Assembly: GCA_958443265.1 (NCBI GenBank)
Contig: CAUCKA010000008.1
Coordinates: forward strand, 7,823 to 71,822
DNA from: an uncultured Collinsella sp.
GTDB taxonomy: Bacteria > Actinomycetota > Coriobacteriia > Coriobacteriales > Coriobacteriaceae
Direction of reading: 5' to 3'
Length of the DNA: 64,000 nt
The translations under genes were made by a program, and so were the position numbers. Below are positions 39,237 to 48,897 of this stretch, piece by piece; positions within the stretch are counted from its first letter, which is position 1, and each line of letters begins with the position of its first letter. The notes under the pieces were generated by a model. The model worked only from the letters and a program-made list of their open reading frames with translations, made no database searches and was not told where the DNA came from.

Positions 39237-39874
39237 TTCGCGCCACCCGTGCGCGTGATCTGGTAGAGCAGCGCGTTCATAATGGCCGCCGCCACGGTCG
39301 AGCCGCCCTTGCGACCCCTCGCGACTATGGCCGGCACGCGTCGCGCGAGTAGCTCCTCTTTCGCCTCGACCACGTTCACAAACCCGACCGGCACCCCAAC
39401 GACGAGCGCGGGCGCGATCTTCCCCGCGTCCATGAGCTCGGCGAGGCGCAGAAGTGCTGTGGGAGCGTTGCCGACGGCCACGATGAGCGGACCCTCGATG
39501 CGGCAAGCTTTGTCCATGCTCGCAACGGCGCGAGTCGTGCCCGCGGCGCGCGCAGCCGCGGCGACATCAGGGTCGGCCATGTAGCACACGGCCTTGCAGC
39601 CGAGCTTCGCGAGCGCGGGCTTGCTTATGCCTGCGAGCGCCATGTTCGTGTCGGTGAGCACCGTGGCCCCTGCACGCAGAGCGTCGAGCGCACAGTGCGC
39701 AGCGTCATGGGTGAACACGAGGGAATCGGCGTACGAGAAGTCGGCAGTGGTGTGGATGACGCGTTTAACGACGGGCCCTTCGAGCGGCGGGAACGTGCGG
39801 CTGCCGAGCTCTTCGGTGATGATCTCGAAGCTGCGCCGCTCGATGTCGCCGGGCGCCATCTCCTTGGAATCCAT
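39233..39874 (-). CDS. cbiC: Cobalt-precorrin-8 methylmutase
   Basis: IERRSFEII, KRVIHTTADF, AVGNAPTAL, PVGFVNVVEAKE and GRKGGSTVAAA. Confidence 0.93.
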   Translation of the reverse strand: MDSKEMAPGDIERRSFEIITEELGSRTFPPLEGPVVKRVIHTTADFSYADSLVFTHDAAHCALDALRAGATVLTDTNMALAGISKPALAKLGCKAVCYMADPDVAAAARAAGTTRAVASMDKACRIEGPLIVAVGNAPTALLRLAELMDAGKIAPALVVGVPVGFVNVVEAKEELLARRVPAIVARGRKGGSTVAAAIMNALLYQITRTGGAK

Positions 39875-40390
39875 CTAGTACTCCACTCCTTCCCTTGCAC
39901 ATATCCCCTGAGAGTAGGGGTGTTTCTCGCACCGCATCTCGGTTATGTAGTCGGCCTTCTCCACGATTTTGCGGGAAGGCGCGCGCCCGGTGAGCGCTAC
40001 TTCGACGCCACGCGCGGACATATCGAGCGCGCGGTCCACGAGCGCCTCGTCGACAAGCCCCTTCGAAAGCGCGTCGAGCGCCTCGTCGAGCACGAGCAGC
40101 CCCTCCTGAGCGCCCTCGAGCTCGGCGAGCGCGGAAGCGAGGTTCCCATCGTGCAGCTCGCACGTCGCGGCAAGTTCTTCCGACGTCATCGACCAGGTAA
40201 ACTTGTCCGACACCTTCCCCGCGAACAAGGGCACGCCGAAATGCTCGGCGAGCAGGCGCGCCTCCCCGCTTTCGCCGTCTTTCAGGAACTGCACGACGAC
40301 GACGCGGCGGCCTGCGGCGAGCATGCGAAGGGCGAGGCCCATCGCCGCCGTGGTCTTGCCTTTGCCGTCGCCATGATACACGTGGATCAT
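39875..40390 (-). CDS. cobO: Cob(I)yrinic acid a,c-diamide adenosyltransferase (CobO/BtuR)
   Basis: IHVYHGDGKGKTTAAMG, QFLK, LVLDE, LTGR and KHPY...AREGVEY. Confidence 0.92.
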   Translation of the reverse strand: MIHVYHGDGKGKTTAAMGLALRMLAAGRRVVVVQFLKDGESGEARLLAEHFGVPLFAGKVSDKFTWSMTSEELAATCELHDGNLASALAELEGAQEGLLVLDEALDALSKGLVDEALVDRALDMSARGVEVALTGRAPSRKIVEKADYITEMRCEKHPYSQGICAREGVEY

Positions 40391-41886
40391 ACGCCCTCCT
40401 CGATAATGCGGTAGACATACTCCATGTCAAGCGCCCCGCGCACGACGTCGGCCAGGCGGTCGAACTCGCGCGCACGGTGATCGGCTGCGGACGCTGCGCC
40501 CGCAGCACCCACGACGCTCTCGGGCAGGCCGCGCATGCGCGCGAGCGAGCGCGCGAGAGCGAGCGCCACCCCCGGTTCGTCGAACAGGCCGTGGAGATAG
40601 GTTCCGAACACGTTTCCGCAGGCCGCGCCTTCTGGTTTGCCGCCAATCGTGCCCGCAGGGGCGCAGGAGACGGTCGTTTCGCCGTCGTGAATCTCGTACC
40701 CGCGCGCCGTCATGCCGTTCCACACCGAGAACGCGCCTTGGGCGCCCGTGATGCGCAGCTCCGACTGGGCGAGGCGCTTTTCCTCCTTGAACACCGTACT
40801 TGCAGGGATGAGCCCGAGCCCGCGCGCGGTGCCAGCGCCTTCCCTGCCGTGCGGGTCGGAAAGCTCGTCTCCCAAAAGCTGGTAGCCTCCGCATATGCCG
40901 AGCACCGGCGTGCCCGCGCCCGAAAGCGCGCGTACACAGGCTCCGATGCCGCTAGTCGCAAGCCAGCGCGCGTCGTCGAGCGTGGTCTTCGAGCCGGGAA
41001 GCACCACCAGGTCGGGTCGGCCCAGATCGGTCGTCGAGGAAACGTAGCGCACGCCCACGCCGGGCACGCGCGAAAGCGGGTCGAAGTCGGTGAAGTTCGA
41101 CAGATGCGGAAGACGCACGACGGCGACGTCGATGACGCCGCGCGCCTCGCGGGCAGATAGGCGCGGCGCGAGCGAGTCCTCGTCGTCCAGGTCGAGCGTA
41201 AGATACGGCACGACCCCCACGACGGGAACCCCGCACATCTTCTCGAGCGGGGCCAAACCCGGGCGCAGGATTTCCACATCGCCGCGGAACTTGTTCACCA
41301 CAAGCCCCCGCAAAAGCGCGCGGTCCTCGGGCGCAAGGAGCGCGACCGTGCCGTAGAGCTGGGCAAACACCCCGCCCGGGTCGATGTCGCCCGCGAGCAG
41401 CACGGGGGAGGACACGGCGCGCGCGAGCCCCATGTTGACGATGTCGTTTTCGGCAAGGTTGATTTCGGCGGGGCTGCCGGCGCCCTCGATGACGATGACG
41501 TCGTTTTCCTCCGCGAGCGAATCGAACGCCTCCAAAATCTGCGGCATGAGCGCCTTCTTTCGCGCGAAGTAGTCCCTCGCAGCGAAGGCTCCCTGCGCCT
41601 TGCCGGCCACGATGAGCTGGCTTCGGTGGCCGCTTTCGGGCTTGAGCAGGATGGGGTTCATGCGCACGTCGGGCGCGATGCCGCACGCCTCGGCCTGCAT
41701 GATCTGGGCGCGCCCCATCTCGAGCCCGTCGGCCGTGACACCGCTGTTGAGTGCCATGTTCTGGCTCTTGAAGGGAGTCACGCGCAGGCCGTCCTGCGAA
41801 AGTACGCGGCACAGCCCAGCCGCAAGCAGGCTCTTCCCCGCGTTCGACATGGTGCCCTGGATCATGATGGGCTTCGCCCTACCCAC
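40387..41886 (-). CDS. cbiP: Cobyric acid synthase
   Basis: IMIQGTMSNAGKS, PFKSQNMALNS, EGAGSPAEIN, SNFTDF, GICGGYQ and GTYLHGLF. GTG follows AAGGAGG. Confidence 0.94.
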   Translation of the reverse strand: MGRAKPIMIQGTMSNAGKSLLAAGLCRVLSQDGLRVTPFKSQNMALNSGVTADGLEMGRAQIMQAEACGIAPDVRMNPILLKPESGHRSQLIVAGKAQGAFAARDYFARKKALMPQILEAFDSLAEENDVIVIEGAGSPAEINLAENDIVNMGLARAVSSPVLLAGDIDPGGVFAQLYGTVALLAPEDRALLRGLVVNKFRGDVEILRPGLAPLEKMCGVPVVGVVPYLTLDLDDEDSLAPRLSAREARGVIDVAVVRLPHLSNFTDFDPLSRVPGVGVRYVSSTTDLGRPDLVVLPGSKTTLDDARWLATSGIGACVRALSGAGTPVLGICGGYQLLGDELSDPHGREGAGTARGLGLIPASTVFKEEKRLAQSELRITGAQGAFSVWNGMTARGYEIHDGETTVSCAPAGTIGGKPEGAACGNVFGTYLHGLFDEPGVALALARSLARMRGLPESVVGAAGAASAADHRAREFDRLADVVRGALDMEYVYRIIEEGV

Positions 41887-43102
41887 GGGTATCGACCTCC
41901 TTCGCCGAGCCTCGGCCATCCGCGCCCGCCATAGCGCCGCTGCAAGAAGCGCCGCCCCGTTCGTCGGGTTCGCCTTCGCCCGATGCGCCTTCCGCCCGAA
42001 GCGCACGGCTGAACGCCATCGCAAGCCGGGCATTCTCCTTGCGCGTGCGCACCGCGACGCGGCACCAGAAACGGGACAGTACCGAAAACGAGTCGCACGT
42101 GCGGACCAAAACCCCCTGTTTATACAGGCGCTCGGGGATGTCTTTCGCCGGCGTGCGGACTAAAAGGAAGTTCGCATCCGACGGCACGACGGAAAGCCCG
42201 AGCGAGGAGAGCTCATGGGAAAGCCAAGCTCGCTCGCCCGCCAATACATCGCGCGTGCGCGAGACGTATTCAACGTCCTCCAGGGCGGCGATGCCCGCGG
42301 CCTCGGCGACCGAGGAGACGGGCCACGCCTGCCCCGCCCGGCGAATCCCCTCGATGAGTTGGGCGTTTCCGCTGATCAGATATCCCAACCGCAACCCCGC
42401 CATTCCGTAGAGCTTGGTGAACGCGGAGAGCACGGCCACATGGCGCGAACACGCGGCGCGTGCGGCCACGCTCCTTTCGCGGGCGTCGGGCGCAAATCCG
42501 AGAAAGCACTCGTCCACGACGAGCAGCGCGCCCACCTGCTCGCAGCGGCAGGCCGCAGCATCGATCACACGGGGGTCGACGAGGCGCCCCGTCGGGTTGT
42601 TCGGATTGCAGAGGTACGCCACGTCTCTCGGCCCCTCGATCGCGCGGGCGAAGGAGGCAGGCACGTCGAAGTCGTCCGCTTCGGAGAGCGGGAACTCCTG
42701 CACGCATGCGCCGTAGTACGATGCCGCCTCCGCATATTCAGAGAACGTCGGCGCGCACACGACGAGGCGTTTCGAGCGCACCGCCGCGGCGAGCCGCCAG
42801 ATGATGTCGGACGCGCCCGCGCCGCAGACGATAGTATCTTCGGGAATGCCCTGGTCGCGCGCTAGCGCGCGACCGAGGGCGAGGCTTTCCCTATCGGGGT
42901 AGGCGTCGATTCGAGAAAGCGCCTTGCAAGCTGCGGCGACGGCGCGCGGCGAGGGGCCTGCCGGATTCACGTTCACCGAGAAGTCAATGAGGTCGGAGGC
43001 ACCCCCTTCGCAAGCGATGCCGAGCGATTGCGCGCTGCCCCCATGCGTGCGGGCGCGCAGGATTCCCCCGGCAGCCCGGGGCGCGGCGTGGTCTTTCCTC
43101 AT
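41879..43102 (-). CDS. cobD: L-threonine-O-3-phosphate decarboxylase (PLP dependent)
   Basis: HGG...DFSVNVNP, CNPNNPTG, VDECF and FTKLYGMAGLRLGY. ATGA overlap with cbiB. Confidence 0.88.
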   Translation of the reverse strand: MRKDHAAPRAAGGILRARTHGGSAQSLGIACEGGASDLIDFSVNVNPAGPSPRAVAAACKALSRIDAYPDRESLALGRALARDQGIPEDTIVCGAGASDIIWRLAAAVRSKRLVVCAPTFSEYAEAASYYGACVQEFPLSEADDFDVPASFARAIEGPRDVAYLCNPNNPTGRLVDPRVIDAAACRCEQVGALLVVDECFLGFAPDARERSVAARAACSRHVAVLSAFTKLYGMAGLRLGYLISGNAQLIEGIRRAGQAWPVSSVAEAAGIAALEDVEYVSRTRDVLAGERAWLSHELSSLGLSVVPSDANFLLVRTPAKDIPERLYKQGVLVRTCDSFSVLSRFWCRVAVRTRKENARLAMAFSRALRAEGASGEGEPDERGGASCSGAMAGADGRGSAKEVDTRG

Positions 43103-44076
43103 GCCATCGCCCCCACGGCGAGCACGACCGCCGCGCGCGCGGCGCCGAAGACGACGAGCGCGCATACGGACGCGGCGAGCATGAGCCTTGTCGCCCGGGC
43201 GATGTCGCCCCACTCGATTTCGCGGGACGCGTCGCCTATCGTCGGTTTCTCAACGAGCTTGCCGAAATACACCGCGGGTCCTGCCAGGCGCAGTCCAAGC
43301 GCACCCGCGCACGCCGACTCGGTCTGCGCCGCGTTCGGGCTCGCATGGCGACGCCTGTCGCGGCGCCAGATGCGCGCCGCCCCGCGCGCGTCGAGCCCGA
43401 CGATCGGGCACACGGCGATCATGAACAGGGCCGATAACCGCGAGGGAATCCAGTTCACCGCATCGTCGAGGCGCGCCGAGGCGCAGCCGAAGTCGATGTA
43501 GCGCTCGTTTTTGTAGCCCACCATGCTGTCGAGCGTGTTCACCGCCTTGTACGCCATGCCCAAAGGCGCACCCCCGATCATAAGGTAGAAAAGCGGCGCG
43601 ATGACGCCGTCGCTCGCGTTCTCCGCCACCGTTTCCACGGCGGCGCGCGCGACGCCCTGCTCGTCGAGAACAGACGTGTCGCGTCCCACGATGAGCCCGA
43701 CAGCTTCACGCGCCGCGACAAGGCCGCCCCTCGAGAACGCACGGGCCACGGCCAGGCTCTGGCGGCGCAGCTCGCATGCCGCGAGAATCTGATAGCTCGC
43801 CCATGCCTCGGCCACGAAGCGCAGGCCGGAGTGAACCATGCCGCAAAGATGCAGGATTCCCCAGGTCAAAAGCCCACACGCAAGCGGAAGCGCCACGGCG
43901 AGCACAAGTCCTGCGGCGCGCGTGCCCGCGGACGTTTGCGGGAATGCGCGCCGCAGGCGGCCTTCGGCACACGTGATCGCGCGCCCCATGGCGACGACGG
44001 GATGGGGAAGCCAGCGCGGGTCGCCGAAGGCAAGGTCGGTCGCGAACCCGGCGGCGACGGCAAGAATCGTCATCAC
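43099..44076 (-). CDS. cbiB: Adenosylcobinamide-phosphate synthase
   Basis: GDPRWLPHPV, IVGRDT, VETVAENASDG, YKAVNTLDSMVGY and HASPNA. Confidence 0.94.
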   Translation of the reverse strand: MMTILAVAAGFATDLAFGDPRWLPHPVVAMGRAITCAEGRLRRAFPQTSAGTRAAGLVLAVALPLACGLLTWGILHLCGMVHSGLRFVAEAWASYQILAACELRRQSLAVARAFSRGGLVAAREAVGLIVGRDTSVLDEQGVARAAVETVAENASDGVIAPLFYLMIGGAPLGMAYKAVNTLDSMVGYKNERYIDFGCASARLDDAVNWIPSRLSALFMIAVCPIVGLDARGAARIWRRDRRRHASPNAAQTESACAGALGLRLAGPAVYFGKLVEKPTIGDASREIEWGDIARATRLMLAASVCALVVFGAARAAVVLAVGAMA

Positions 44077-45074
44077 CGGGCATCGCCCCCCGAAGCGGGG
44101 CGAACGTCGCGAAGGCAGCGCCCATCCCAGGTGGCGGCCCATGCGCCGCCCGGCTCGGTATGCACGTCGAAGTATCCAATTTTCGGGACAGCTAGCTCGG
44201 AGAGCAATGCTTTCACGGTACCCGCGTGAACGACGAAGACGGCGCGCCCACTCCCCTGGACGCGCTCCGATTCGCACGCCTCCCGAAACGCCGCGACGAC
44301 GCGGCGGGTGAAATCGCTCTTGCCCTCGCCATGCGGGCAGCGCGTCTCGCACCAGGAGTCTACCCAAGCGCGGTAGCGCGCATCCTCTTTAAGCTCGGCG
44401 GCGCTTCGCCCCTCGAAGTCGCCGAAATCCATCTCGCGCAGACCGGGGCACGCAATAAACTCCGCGTTCGGGAAGAGGATGCGCGCCGTCTGGTCGGTGC
44501 GGGCCATGCCGCTCGTGATAACACGGAACACGTCACGATAGCACGCGAGGTCGCGCAAAGCGCGCTCACCCGCGCTCGACAGGGGCTCGTCGGTGCCCGC
44601 CCCGCTGTAGCGATGGTCTTCCGTGCCCGCCGTGGCACCATGGCGCACGAAGACGACTTCCAAAGGCGCGCCCGCACCCTGCGCCCCTCGAGGCGCATCG
44701 ACAAGGTTTCCTTTGATGACCTGGGGTATCCCGCACGTCATGCGCACGACGACATCGGCGCGCGCAGCGAGCGCGCATCCCAGGCGCCCCGCGCGCTCGC
44801 GCCATTGGGCGTCTTCCGCACGCATAGGGATGACCCCCGAGCCGACCAAGGACAGAATCACTACGTCGAAGCCGATCAGCCGCTCGAGCGCCCGGTCAGC
44901 GTCGAGCGCGCGTACGAGTTCCTCAGCACGGTAAGCGACACGGCCGGCAAAAGCCGCGGGCACGCCGCCCTCCGCAAACTGCGCCGCGTCGACGAAATCG
45001 TCCGCCGCGAACCCGAGCTTTTCGCGCACGAAGGTCCTCTTCCCCGAATGCGCGCCACCTACCACGAGCATCAT
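44073..45074 (-). CDS. Fusion of a truncated CobU-like P-loop domain and a histidine phosphatase (CobC-like alpha-ribazole-phosphate phosphatase)
   Basis: N-terminal LVVGGAHSGK...VGSGVIP...WRERAGR...CGIP; C-terminal VRHGAT, LREMDFGDFEG and VVHAG. Confidence 0.78.
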   Translation of the reverse strand: MMLVVGGAHSGKRTFVREKLGFAADDFVDAAQFAEGGVPAAFAGRVAYRAEELVRALDADRALERLIGFDVVILSLVGSGVIPMRAEDAQWRERAGRLGCALAARADVVVRMTCGIPQVIKGNLVDAPRGAQGAGAPLEVVFVRHGATAGTEDHRYSGAGTDEPLSSAGERALRDLACYRDVFRVITSGMARTDQTARILFPNAEFIACPGLREMDFGDFEGRSAAELKEDARYRAWVDSWCETRCPHGEGKSDFTRRVVAAFREACESERVQGSGRAVFVVHAGTVKALLSELAVPKIGYFDVHTEPGGAWAATWDGRCLRDVRPASGGDAR

Positions 45075-45838
45075 AGGAGCATGCCCCCCGCCACCAGCAT
45101 GGCAAGCATCGCGAGCTCGGCCCATTGCAGAAACCATCCGGCCAAATCCCCCGTCACCCCGCCGAAGCGGGACAGGGCAACATGGCGGTACCACGCGAGC
45201 GCCAAAAGCCCCGCCACAGCCATAAGGGCGCCGACGGCCTGAGCGCACGCGACCATCCCTGCAGCCGAAGCCGCAGCGAAAGCGCAAAGCGGCACGACGA
45301 TCGCCGCGCGCTTCTTCGCAGGCGAGAGCCCCGCGGCCATGCCGTCCGCCCGCGCGGCAGGCCAGCATTCAACGGCGAGCCCCGAAAGCGAGCGGGAGAA
45401 CACGAGAGAGCACAGAAGCGCGAGGAACGCCCCCGCCGTAAGCGACAGCGCGGTGAAAAGGGAAAACTGCAGAATAAGGTACACAACAACACCGATGACC
45501 CCGAAGGCGCCCGCTCGCGGGTCGTGCATGATCTCGAGCTTTCGCTCGCGCGGGGCCCAACTTGCAAGCGCATCGGAGGTGTCGCAGAGCCCGTCTAGGT
45601 GGATGCCTCCCGTCACCGCCACAGGCAGCGCCACGAGCACGGCCGCGACGATGGTCGCGGGCACGCCGAGCAAGTTCGCCACGTACCCCCACGCCGTCAT
45701 GAGGAAGCCTTCCGCAAGGCCCACCAGGGGAAACGCGGCAAGCGCATGGGTTGACCCGAAATCGGTCCAGGCCGATTTCGGGACGGGGATGCGCGAGAAC
45801 GTTCCGAACGCCGCGCCGATTGCCTCTACTATCTTCAC
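45071..45838 (-). CDS. cobS: Adenosylcobinamide-GDP ribazoletransferase (cobalamin synthase)
   Basis: FSRIP, TGGIHLDGLCDTSDA, LEIMHDPRAGAFG and FGGVTGDLAG; hydrophobic. Confidence 0.93.
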   Translation of the reverse strand: MKIVEAIGAAFGTFSRIPVPKSAWTDFGSTHALAAFPLVGLAEGFLMTAWGYVANLLGVPATIVAAVLVALPVAVTGGIHLDGLCDTSDALASWAPRERKLEIMHDPRAGAFGVIGVVVYLILQFSLFTALSLTAGAFLALLCSLVFSRSLSGLAVECWPAARADGMAAGLSPAKKRAAIVVPLCAFAAASAAGMVACAQAVGALMAVAGLLALAWYRHVALSRFGGVTGDLAGWFLQWAELAMLAMLVAGGMLL

Positions 45839-46383
45839 CTTGTAGGTCCTTCGCCTTTCATCCACACGGGAATCCCGCATACCACTTCGACTGCGCGGTC
45901 GGCCAGCGCCGCCACACCCGCGTTCACGCGCGCGAGCGCGCGCCTCCATGCCTCGGTCCCTTCATCGTAGCGCATCCCATCGGCGAACACGTCGACGGTG
46001 ACCACCACCGTATACGCAGCGGCCTGAGCGAGCCGTTCAATGCCTCCGAGCACCTCGCGCGCCGCAGCGTCGGGGTCACGCGGGGACAAGCCGCCTTCCG
46101 CGAAGAGCTCGTTCGCAACCAGGTTGCCCACGTCCTCCAAAAGAAGCGTGCAGCCGCGCGGAAGCCCGGGCACTGCGGCGCCCACGTCACGCGTGCACTC
46201 GAGGGTAGAAAACCCCTTGCCCTCGCGCAGCGCCCGATGGCGCGCGATGCGGCGGGCGCCCTCTTCCCCGAAGGGCTCCATCGTTGCCAGGTACACGCGG
46301 GGGCCGTCGTGCCCGAGGCACAGGGACTCGGCGTAGGCGCTCTTGCCGCTCGCGGCGGCGCCGATGACGAGTGTCACCGTCAT
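45835..46383 (-). CDS. cobU: Adenosylcobinamide kinase/adenosylcobinamide-phosphate guanylyltransferase
   Basis: LVIGAAASGKSAYAE, YLATM, RIARHRALR and EVVCGIP. Confidence 0.9.
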   Translation of the reverse strand: MTVTLVIGAAASGKSAYAESLCLGHDGPRVYLATMEPFGEEGARRIARHRALREGKGFSTLECTRDVGAAVPGLPRGCTLLLEDVGNLVANELFAEGGLSPRDPDAAAREVLGGIERLAQAAAYTVVVTVDVFADGMRYDEGTEAWRRALARVNAGVAALADRAVEVVCGIPVWMKGEGPTR

Positions 46384-47522
46384 TTCCCGGCCTCGAAATG
46401 CTCGTAAGCAGCCATGCCAGTCGCCGTGAACGTCTTCCCATCCCGGTACACGCGCAACGCCGAATCCAGAAGGGGCAGATACGCCATGGCGCCCGCGCCC
46501 TCGCCCAAGTGCATGCCTGCGTCGAGTGGTGCCTTTATGCCGAGCTCGCGAAGGAGCTCCTGGCTTGCGGGTTCGCTTGATGCGTGGGTGCCCACGAGGT
46601 AGCCCAAGGCGTTGGGGCACAGGCGCGCCGCGCACAGGGCCGCCGTGCAGGATATGACCCCGTCGAGGAGCGCCGGCGCCTTCGAGGCCGCGGCCCCCAG
46701 GTAGAAGCCACACATCGCCGCGATGTCGAAGCCGCCCACCTTCGAGAGCACGTCGATCGGGTCGGCGGGATCGGGCGAGTTCGCGTCGATAGCGCGCTCG
46801 ACCACGTCGCGCTTGCGCGCGAGCGATGCGTCCGAGAGCCCCGCGCCGCGCCCGACGAGGCTCCGCGCGTCCGCCCGGATGAGCACTGCGGCCACCGCCG
46901 CCGAGGTGGTCGTGTTGCCGATGCCCATCTCGCCCGAGGCCAGAAGGCGCACGCCGGCGCGGGCAAGCCCGCACGCGACGGCGATACCGACCTCGATCGC
47001 GCGCACGGCCCCATCGCGAGACATAGCGGGGCCGTGCGCGATGTTGCCGCTCCCCCGCCGCACGTTCGCGCGCACCATGCGCGCGTCTTCTATACCCCGG
47101 GCCATACCCACGTCGACGGGCACGACCTCGGCACCCGCGAACGCCGCCATGCGGCAGGCGCTCGTGGCCCCCTCGCACATGTTGCGCGCGACGGCTCGCG
47201 TCACGTCTTGCCCGCTTTGCGACACGCCTTCGGCAACGACCCCGTTGTCGGAGAAGAATACCGCGAGCGCACGGGGAAACTCGGCCACCTCGGCACTCCC
47301 CTGAGCTGCGGCGATACACGCGACGGCGTCTTCAAAGTCGCCCAATCCCCCCAAGGGGTGCGCGATGGAATCCCACGCGGCGTACGCGGCGGCGCGGGCA
47401 CACTCGTCTGCGGGCGCGATCCGGGAGAGCGTGGCTTCGAGCACGGCGCCCGGCGCCGACGAGAACGCACGCTCGACTTCCTCGCGGATGCAGGCAAGCG
47501 CGGTTTCGGTTGCTTCAGCCAT
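46380..47522 (-). CDS. cobT: Nicotinate-nucleotide--dimethylbenzimidazole phosphoribosyltransferase
   Basis: PLGGLGDFE, DNGVVAEGVS, GEMGIGNTT, GGFDIAAM and MHLGEGAGA. Confidence 0.93.
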   Translation of the reverse strand: MAEATETALACIREEVERAFSSAPGAVLEATLSRIAPADECARAAAYAAWDSIAHPLGGLGDFEDAVACIAAAQGSAEVAEFPRALAVFFSDNGVVAEGVSQSGQDVTRAVARNMCEGATSACRMAAFAGAEVVPVDVGMARGIEDARMVRANVRRGSGNIAHGPAMSRDGAVRAIEVGIAVACGLARAGVRLLASGEMGIGNTTTSAAVAAVLIRADARSLVGRGAGLSDASLARKRDVVERAIDANSPDPADPIDVLSKVGGFDIAAMCGFYLGAAASKAPALLDGVISCTAALCAARLCPNALGYLVGTHASSEPASQELLRELGIKAPLDAGMHLGEGAGAMAYLPLLDSALRVYRDGKTFTATGMAAYEHFEAGK

Positions 47523-48897
47523 GCAGTCTCCTCTCTACGAACGACGCTGCGGCAGACGCGAACGCGCGCGCAACGTCGGGGTTCGCAGGATAGTACACAT
47601 GCGGGAAGCCCGCCACCAGGGACGGGGTAGTCGTCATGCACGGCCAGCCCTTGTCGCGCCGGGGCTTCTGCGCCCAGAAGTCGCCGCCCGGGCAGGCGGA
47701 CTGCCAGTAGTGGAACTCGTGCGCGCGGATGCGTGTGCCGCGCGGCCCGTAGAGCCCGTCGCGTTGGGAAGTGAGCTCCACGTACCCGAAATGGGACAGC
47801 CTTCCCCCGTTCTCGCTTGCGCCCTCAAGGGCGCCCGCAACAGGCCAGCGCCGCCCCTCGCTATCGGCGATTTCGCGCTGCAGGTACAGAAACCCACCGC
47901 ATTCGGCGACCGTCGGCATGCCGGATTCCACCGCGCGCCGCACCGCCTCGCGCATCGGCGCGTTCTCGGAGAGCTGCCGCGCATGGAGTTCCGGGTAGCC
48001 GCCCCCCAGATAGAGGGCGCTTGTCCCCCGGGGCAACTCGCTATCACACAAGGGGCTGAAAAAGGCCAGCTCGCAACCCAGGTCCTCGAGCGCGCGCAGG
48101 TTCTCCTCGTAGTAGAACGAGAACGCCTCGTCACGCGCGACGGCGACGATGGGCCGCGCTCCCGCGATCGGCTCCAACCGGTAAGGTTCCTCGCGGATAT
48201 CGGGTGCCGTCACCGCTATTTCGAGCAAGCGGTCGACGTCGACGCTCTTTTCCACCAGCTCGGCCATCTTGTCGATGCGCGCGGAGAGCTGCTCGACCTC
48301 GTCGGCGGTCACAAGCCCCAGATGCCGGCTTTCGAGCGAGAACGCCTCGTCGGCGGGGATATTCCCCAAAACCGCGACGCCCGTGTGCTTCTCGATCGCA
48401 GGCGCCGCGTAGGCGCAGGCAGCGGCGCTCGTCTTGTTCAGCACGACGCCGCGCACGTTCGCACAAGGCAGGAACTCGGCAATGCCGCGGATTACGGCGG
48501 CGAGCGATAAAGACGCCCCGCGCCCGTTCACCACTAAAACGACCGGCGTTTCCGTGTCGCGCGCAACCTGGTAGCTGCTCGCGTCGGCCACGCCGGGCGC
48601 CATGCCGTCGTAGAAGCCCATAACCCCCTCGAGCACCGCGACATCCGCGCCCGCGGCGCCGCGTGCGAGCAGGGCGCGCAGCGTCGGGGCGTCGGTGAAG
48701 AAGCCGTCTAAATTGCCCGAGCGCGCACCCACGACGCGGCGATGAAAGAGCGGGTCAATGTAGTCGGGTCCGCATTTGAAGGCCGCGCATGCAAGGCCGC
48801 GACGCGCGAGCGCGCGCAGGAGCGCGCACGTGACGACCGTCTTGCCGCTCCCGCTCGAGGGCGCAGCGACCATGAAGCGCGGGATGGACGTGCTCAC
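47515..48897 (-). CDS. cbiA: Cobyrinate a,c-diamide synthase
   Basis: APSSGSGKT, FKCGPDYIDP, EGVMGFYDG, LESRHLGL, AECGGFLYL and AHEFHY. Confidence 0.94.
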   Translation of the reverse strand: MSTSIPRFMVAAPSSGSGKTVVTCALLRALARRGLACAAFKCGPDYIDPLFHRRVVGARSGNLDGFFTDAPTLRALLARGAAGADVAVLEGVMGFYDGMAPGVADASSYQVARDTETPVVLVVNGRGASLSLAAVIRGIAEFLPCANVRGVVLNKTSAAACAYAAPAIEKHTGVAVLGNIPADEAFSLESRHLGLVTADEVEQLSARIDKMAELVEKSVDVDRLLEIAVTAPDIREEPYRLEPIAGARPIVAVARDEAFSFYYEENLRALEDLGCELAFFSPLCDSELPRGTSALYLGGGYPELHARQLSENAPMREAVRRAVESGMPTVAECGGFLYLQREIADSEGRRWPVAGALEGASENGGRLSHFGYVELTSQRDGLYGPRGTRIRAHEFHYWQSACPGGDFWAQKPRRDKGWPCMTTTPSLVAGFPHVYYPANPDVARAFASAAASFVERRLHG

